Shown here: positions 58,076 to 64,000 of the stretch, piece after piece
How the letters are laid out: the number at the start of each line of letters is the position of its first letter
Numbering within the stretch: the first letter of the stretch is position 1
Origin: Coniocarpon cinnabarinum
Lineage: Eukaryota
Direction of reading: 5' to 3'
Length of the DNA: 64,000 nt
Assembly (NCBI GenBank): GCA_051942205.1
Contig: JAVECO010000108.1
Location: forward strand, 1 to 64,000
The notes under the pieces: generated by a model
The model's input: only the letters and a program-made list of their open reading frames with translations
The model's database searches: none
What the model was told of the DNA's origin: nothing
Position numbers and translations under genes: made by a program

Positions 58076-61000
58076 ATGTTCTGGCGTTTTGGCGGCTACG
58101 CCAACATTTCATCACTTGATTCTATTCTTGACAAATCGGATGTGACGCTTGAAGAGCTGTTGGATGAGTCGGATCTTATACAAGAACTGAAGGCTCAAAA
58201 TGCAAAGCTCGTGGAGTTCTTGCGGGAGGAAAAGAATCTCGAAAGTCTTTTGAAGTATGCTCTCTCCGACAAGAACCCACAAGCGGCCTCTGAAGAAAAG
58301 GAAGACGACGATGATACGAAAAGCGGTGGTGGGTTTTTCAAAAATCGCAAATTCAGATCACGGTCAAGAGGATTGAGCGAATCTGAAGATGACAAGCTTG
58401 AGGCAAAGAAAGCGAAGTATGCCTACGTCTCTTGTGAGATCCTCTCATCGGAAGTCTACTCAATTTATGAGTCGCTTTTGGCCTTACCCGATCTACTGCG
58501 CGACTTTTGGACCTTCATCGAACGACCTGTGCCATTGAATGCTGTCCAAGCAAGCTATTTCACAAAGATCAATGAAGCGCTTCTAGAGAAAAAGGCGGAC
58601 GACATGATCACATTCATCAAGACGAAGGATAACGTAGTCCCTGATATGATGAGACATGTCGACTGCCCTGTCATCATGGATTTACTTTTGAAACTCATAA
58701 GTTTGGAAAAGGAGCCCGAGGGTCATGGTGTGGTTGATGTAAGTCGCTATTGCTTTGACTTTTGAGTGAGCACTGACCAAGATGCTGAAGTGGCTTCATG
58801 AGCAACATCTAATGCCCATGCTTCTGTCTTACATTACTCCTGCGTATCCGCCGTCCACTCAAACATCGGCTGGGGATTTTTTGAAGGCGGTTATCACCAT
58901 TTCAGCAAACGCTCAAGGGCAAGACGCTTCTGTTATTGGCCCTAACGAGCTGACTCGGCAGCTTGTCTCCGAAACATGCGTCTCGAGGCTCATTGATGAG
59001 ATGTTGAGAGGGGGCAATCCTTTGACGGTGGGAGTTGGCATTATCATTGAAGTTATTCGCAAAAACAATTCTGATTACGACACGGAAGGAGTTGGGCCTG
59101 ACCCCAAGACCTCTGACCCAATATACCTCGGCACATTGCTACGACTATTTTCTGATCATATCGCTGACTTCATGAACCTGATACTAAGTCCAAAACATAC
59201 AGTAATGACTGAAAACGGTACTACGACCATTGTACGTAAAGATTTGACAGTCGCTTGGGGCGATCGAATCGAACCTTTGGGATTTGACCGCTTCAAGACG
59301 TGTGAACTGATGGCGGAGTTGTTGCATTGTAGCAACATGGGTCTCCTCAACGAACGAGGCAGCGAGAAAATGATCAAGGCTCGCGATGCAGAACGAGAAC
59401 GCCTCAAGGCTGAGGGTAAACTGAAGTCTTCGGCAGCCAAACCACCCCAAGGAGACTTTAGCACAAGTGTTGACAGTTCAGAATTCCATCACGCAGAGGC
59501 ATTCACGCCGTTAGGAGAATCTCCAGAGAACGTCAAGCGCTTGGAGGTGCAGAACAGCAATGGGGAGGAAGAGGAGTTCGAGAAGGTTGCAATCTCGGAT
59601 GCCATAGAGTCCGAACCCACGCCGTCAGATGGCACAGAGCAAACCTCGCAGAAGGGGGAATCTGCAAATGCTGAATCCCGTGAGACCACTGACCAGCTTG
59701 CCAGTCTAAAAATTGATGAGGACCCTGAATCTGCTCAAGCAACAGCTGTCAGCCATCCACCTAGAACAAGCAGTAAGCCACCCGTCTCTTTGCTCACCCA
59801 ACAACTTCAAGCGGCCCAAGAAGAATCAGCGCTCAGCAAGCAAGCAGGTCTGACTCAAACGAACAACCCAAGCGACACGCCTTTACCACTATTTGCCAAT
59901 CGCTCGAAGAATACAGATGAAGGGCAAGGTGATTTGGCAAGTAACACTCAAGATCGCGATGCTCAAGAAAGACGGCCCAAGAGCCGCTCTGCAGATGAGC
60001 ATGGAGAGTCTGATGCAGGAGAAATCCAGCAAGATGAACCTCTGGATCCTCAACAGCTTCCCATCCTGGAGACCGAGGAGGACGGCAGGCCTGTCGTAGG
60101 GGATCTCCTCAAGATGAAATTTGTCGATAATCATGTCGTGCCGACAATCCTTGTAAGCAGCTGATTCTCTTCATGTCTGAATCAGTGCCTTTATAATTTT
60201 TGATCTTGAGCTGACGTACACAGAACTTCTTCTTTCGGTTTCCGTGGAACAACTTCCTACACAACGTCGTATACGATGTCGTACAACAAGTCTTCAATGG
60301 ATCCATGGACAGAGGGTTCAACCGAAACCTTGCAATTGATTTGTTCGAGACTGGTCGCATTATTGATCGTGTGATTGAAGGTCAGGAGCGCAGTGATCAT
60401 ATGCAGGCTTTGCGCAGAATGCGACTGGGATACATGGGGCACTTGACCTTGATAGCAGAAGAGATTGTCAAGTTCACTGAACGACAGCCTGCAGAACTAC
60501 TTGCGCCCATTGTCGTCTCGCAGGTGACTAGTTCTGGATGGATACATTACGTGGAGCATACTCTAGAGGAGACACGGCAAAAGGACAACGCAGTTCTTGG
60601 CGGGATCCGACCTGATGTTGCTGGTGGACCGCGCCAGGCGGTTCTCAATACCATCAATAGCGGCACAGGATCGTTGAACAGCCCTGGCTCTGCCGCTCTT
60701 GCAAATGCAGGACTCGCGAGTGGCAACAGTGAAGGTCTTGACGGATTGGATGGCAACAACTACACTTTGGCGAGCGGAAGTCTGCTGAGCGGATTTGGAA
60801 GCTCCGACGATGAAGACGAGGACGAGTTGGACGACGCAGATGCAACAGACGTTGTAGCAATGCCAAGTGACGAACGGGGCCAGCGGGGGCCGATAAACGA
60901 TGAAGAACAAGTGGGTGAACTCTCCTTTGAAGATGTTGAGATGAGCGATCACTAGTCATGCGTCGCACTTTACACAGGATCATTCCACGGCGAATAGACG

Positions 61001-62292
61001 GAGAAGCATCACATTCGCATTTTGCATGCAACAGAAAGATACCCCTGAAGCACGAACAGCACGGCCGTCATGAAGCACGTACCATCCATCCAGCTGTATA
61101 GATTTCGCAGAAACGACGAATTGTATTGTGTACGAGAATGCACACTCCTTGTTTTTGGACGCCTGCTTCAGTCTTCACAGCAAGAATGAAATCCTTGTCT
61201 CGCGGCCAGCATGACTTGTTCGCTCATCTTTGCTTAATGAATGTCAAAGGGGTTACATGCTAATACGGTGAGCCATAGACGAGTCCATTTTCTCATGAGT
61301 TTACAACATCTGACGCGTCCGACCAGTCTTCGAATGCGGCTATTTCCACCTCACCAACATCCTCAAATGTCCCAGCGCCGCTTGCAATCCCACCGTCTCG
61401 CGCTCGGCGTCAACTTGCTGCACGTTTGGCGGAAAAGAAGCGACTTTCCAAGTCCGAACAGCCTTCGTCCATGCCAAGCGTAGGCGGAGTATTTGCTGCG
61501 ATTGCAACATCAGCCGCGACTGCTGCTGCACCCGCGTCTGGACTTTTGTCCCGTGGTTTTGCCGGTGACCGAGCTCAGAAACAGGAGTCAAATGATGGCA
61601 GTGATGAAGCAGACCGAGGCGATTCGTCCGATGATGATCTGCTGACTTCTTCTGACGAAGATGATAACGATGATGCAAGTCGCCAGAGAGTAGTGCTCCA
61701 AACGACTCGGGAAGCGACGCCTGCTGAGCGTCGAGCACTGGACTCTTCTTCCTCTTCTGATGAAGACGATAATGATGATGATGATGATCAACCACCGAAA
61801 CCAAGTAAGCCGCCGCCCACCGGTCCATTTCGTCGGTCACATCCTTCCGCTGGCAATCTACAAATAGCTCATCTACCCGTGGAAGAGCAAAGACGGATCA
61901 CTCAGCAGGAAGAGCTCGCACGTATTCGAAAAGAGAGACAGCAAGCCAAACAAGGGCCAGACAGTCCTGAGGTCGAAGACTTGACGCTTGAGCAAGACGT
62001 GGAGGACTACTGGCGACTTGGCGAGCTCCGTGAGGCCGCGGCCCAACGGGCCAAGCTTGTTGCGCGGTCGCGCGGTTCCTCAGGCTCGCTCGCTGGTCAA
62101 ATGAGCATTGCATCGAATAACAGCAAGGGCAAGCGGCGGTCTGCGGAAATGCGACGGACAGAGCAGGAAAGACTCACTCTACGAGATGGCATAGCCGAGC
62201 GCAGCACTCCTGGTTTTGACGAGGAGGAAGAGGATGATGGAGTGCAAATGGGAGGAAAGTTCTTCAAAAAAACAAGCGGAAGCGCCCAGTAG
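58076..62292 (+). CDS. SAP190: Sit4/PP6 phosphatase-associated protein (SAPS family); short form stops at 60955, long form splices to exon 61279-62292
   Basis: MFWRFGGY, IGPNELTRQLVS, IIIEVIRKNNSDYD, EPLGFDRFKTCELMAELLHCSNM, FFRFPWNNFLHNVVYD, RLGYMGHLTLIAEE. The symbol denotes the SAP155/185/190 family. Confidence 0.9.
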
Positions 62293-62670
62293 TGACGCCA
62301 CGGTGATCTTCGGGTGACCGTCATCGTTGTCAACTGGTGCACCCTGGCATCACGATCTATCGGCGAACGCGTTTAAAGGCCGCTTGGTTATGATCGACAG
62401 GTTGAGAGGTGCAGTCTCTGTACGAATAGATGAAATGTTTGGATGACCGCACATACTGTGTGCTAGTTGTTACAGTATTCTGGACGCCATTGCACTTAGC
62501 AGCTTAGTCACCCAAAATCATAACTTGTTCAATGTGCTGCCAGGCGATGCGTATTCCGCGACGCGTATCACGTGATCAGAATTCTTTTCGCTACGGGTCT
62601 CCGATACAGGACTTGTGCACACATCAAACGCACCAGACTTCAAGGTCACAAAACACCAGCCAGAGCAAGC

Positions 62671-64000
62671 ATGCCACCACATTTAAGCTTACGGGTTCCA
62701 ATTGGACGCCCCATGATATGCGGTCGCTGCGTTTCTCTCCCCATTCGGCCTCACTACCACCTTCGTTACGCATCTACCACGTCCTCCAACGATCCAAAAC
62801 TACATCCAAACCCCAATGTCTCTCCGTCGACAGAGCCAAGCTCTGCCAGCCCCTCCTCAAATCCTGCTCGTGCAGATTCAAATAGTGCGCCGGAGGCTTC
62901 AGACACCGCCGATGCCGTAAACGCTTCGTCCAATGTAAATCCCAAAGGGCCAAATATGGAGCAGTTGCCCCATGTTTCTGAAGAAGCCGCCGCGATGAGC
63001 AAGAGCATGGGTGAGAGTGGACCCGCCGTTGATCAAGGGACGCCAGTCCAAGATGTATTGAAAGAGAAAGGGGACAAAGATGGATTTGAGAAGCTGCCAA
63101 AGGTGATGAAGGAGTCAATGTCACAGCAAAAGCGCTCGTACAGTACAGTCTCTTCTCGAAAACGATTGTTCCACAGCTCTTCTCGAAGATACGCAGGCAT
63201 CGAACAAGATTTCATTGATCAGATCAGCGATGAAGGGCCCCCGCCACCAAGTCCGGAAGACGTGCAAAAGGCACAACAAATCCAACAACAACAGCCCCGA
63301 CGCATACCTACAAGAGATGAGCAAGACTATCCAGGGCAGTATCATGAGATCGATGATGAGGAAGCAATGGCAATCGCGTGTGGCGAACTACCCAATCCTA
63401 TGGAAATGCGAGCTCAAGCCCAAGTCATCACGCAACAGCGACAAGGTCTGAAATTTGGAGATCCCAGTACCCCTGCAAATCGACAAAAACATTTGCGGCG
63501 AAGGTATGACGGCGTCATGGAGCAGGTGACGAACATGATCATGAGAGACGGGAAGAAAAGTGTTGCACAGCGAGTAAGCTCTCCCTTGATCCCACATCTT
63601 GCCCCTCCTGCAGACCCATAAAACGTCTCTGCAGGTCGTCAAGGTGGCCGTGATAGATCTATGTATATTGACTAGCAATAGAATCTTGCCGAGATCCTCA
63701 CGTATCTCCGGACCGCTCCTTCTCCAACGCCGACTCCGTCAGGGACTGTTCGCCGCCTACTTCCCCTCCCACAAAGTACACCAACTCAATCACACCTTCC
63801 GCTCCATCCAGTGTTCTACCTTACCCACGCTATTGATTCGATTGCTCCGCTGATGCGAATCCGATCTCAGAAAGGACTTGCAGGTGGTGGTGTCGCACTT
63901 CAAATTCCTGTGCCCCTTTCCCTGAGACAGAGACGCCGAGCTGCTCTTGTCTGGATTCTCGAGGCTGTCGACAAGAGGAAAGGTGGCACAAGTGGGTTCG
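62671..64000 (+). CDS. RSM7: Mitochondrial small-subunit ribosomal protein uS7m (partial, runs off window)
   Basis: Arg-rich presequence; RYDGVMEQVTNMIMRDGKKSVAQR, intron from ~63573, then YLTHAIDSIAPLMRIRSQKGLAGGGVALQIPVPLSLRQRRR. Confidence 0.9.

Overview
Gene-dense, intron-containing nuclear DNA from a filamentous ascomycete (Pezizomycotina). The assignment rests on short GT-AG introns with CTRAY branch points, fungal housekeeping orthologues and a RIP-type AT-rich island. About 28 protein-coding loci are supportable: PRP39, SHR3, a secreted alpha/beta hydrolase, a PhoD phosphatase, a frameshifted NACHT/NLR-like gene, a Rab5 (YPT52-like), RCF1, ILV1, a DUF1446/AtuA protein, STN1, a Cys-rich surface protein, an NTF2-like protein, a RIB2-like deaminase, a DNAJC9-like J-protein, a small TM orphan, an MBOAT acyltransferase, an AKR7 reductase, VCX1, an HBN1/FRM2 nitroreductase, UTP4, a GH72 glucanosyltransferase, PAB1, MET7/FPGS, NCS6, VPS60, a SAP190-like gene and a partial RSM7. 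A ~3.3 kb TpA-rich block (14.05-17.39 kb) abuts and appears to erode the NLR gene. The most interesting signals are in RNA processing: (i) a long, structured PRP39 intron with a candidate poison exon and paired 11-mer repeats; (ii) an A14 tract that is the only frame break I found in the spliced NLR gene; (iii) in-frame alternative donors and starts in the NTF2-like gene; (iv) alternative C-termini in the SAP gene; (v) intron-like signals and in-frame continuation past the STN1 stop. All splice models and family names come from reading the sequence by eye; no searches were run. No tRNA, rRNA or CRISPR was found.
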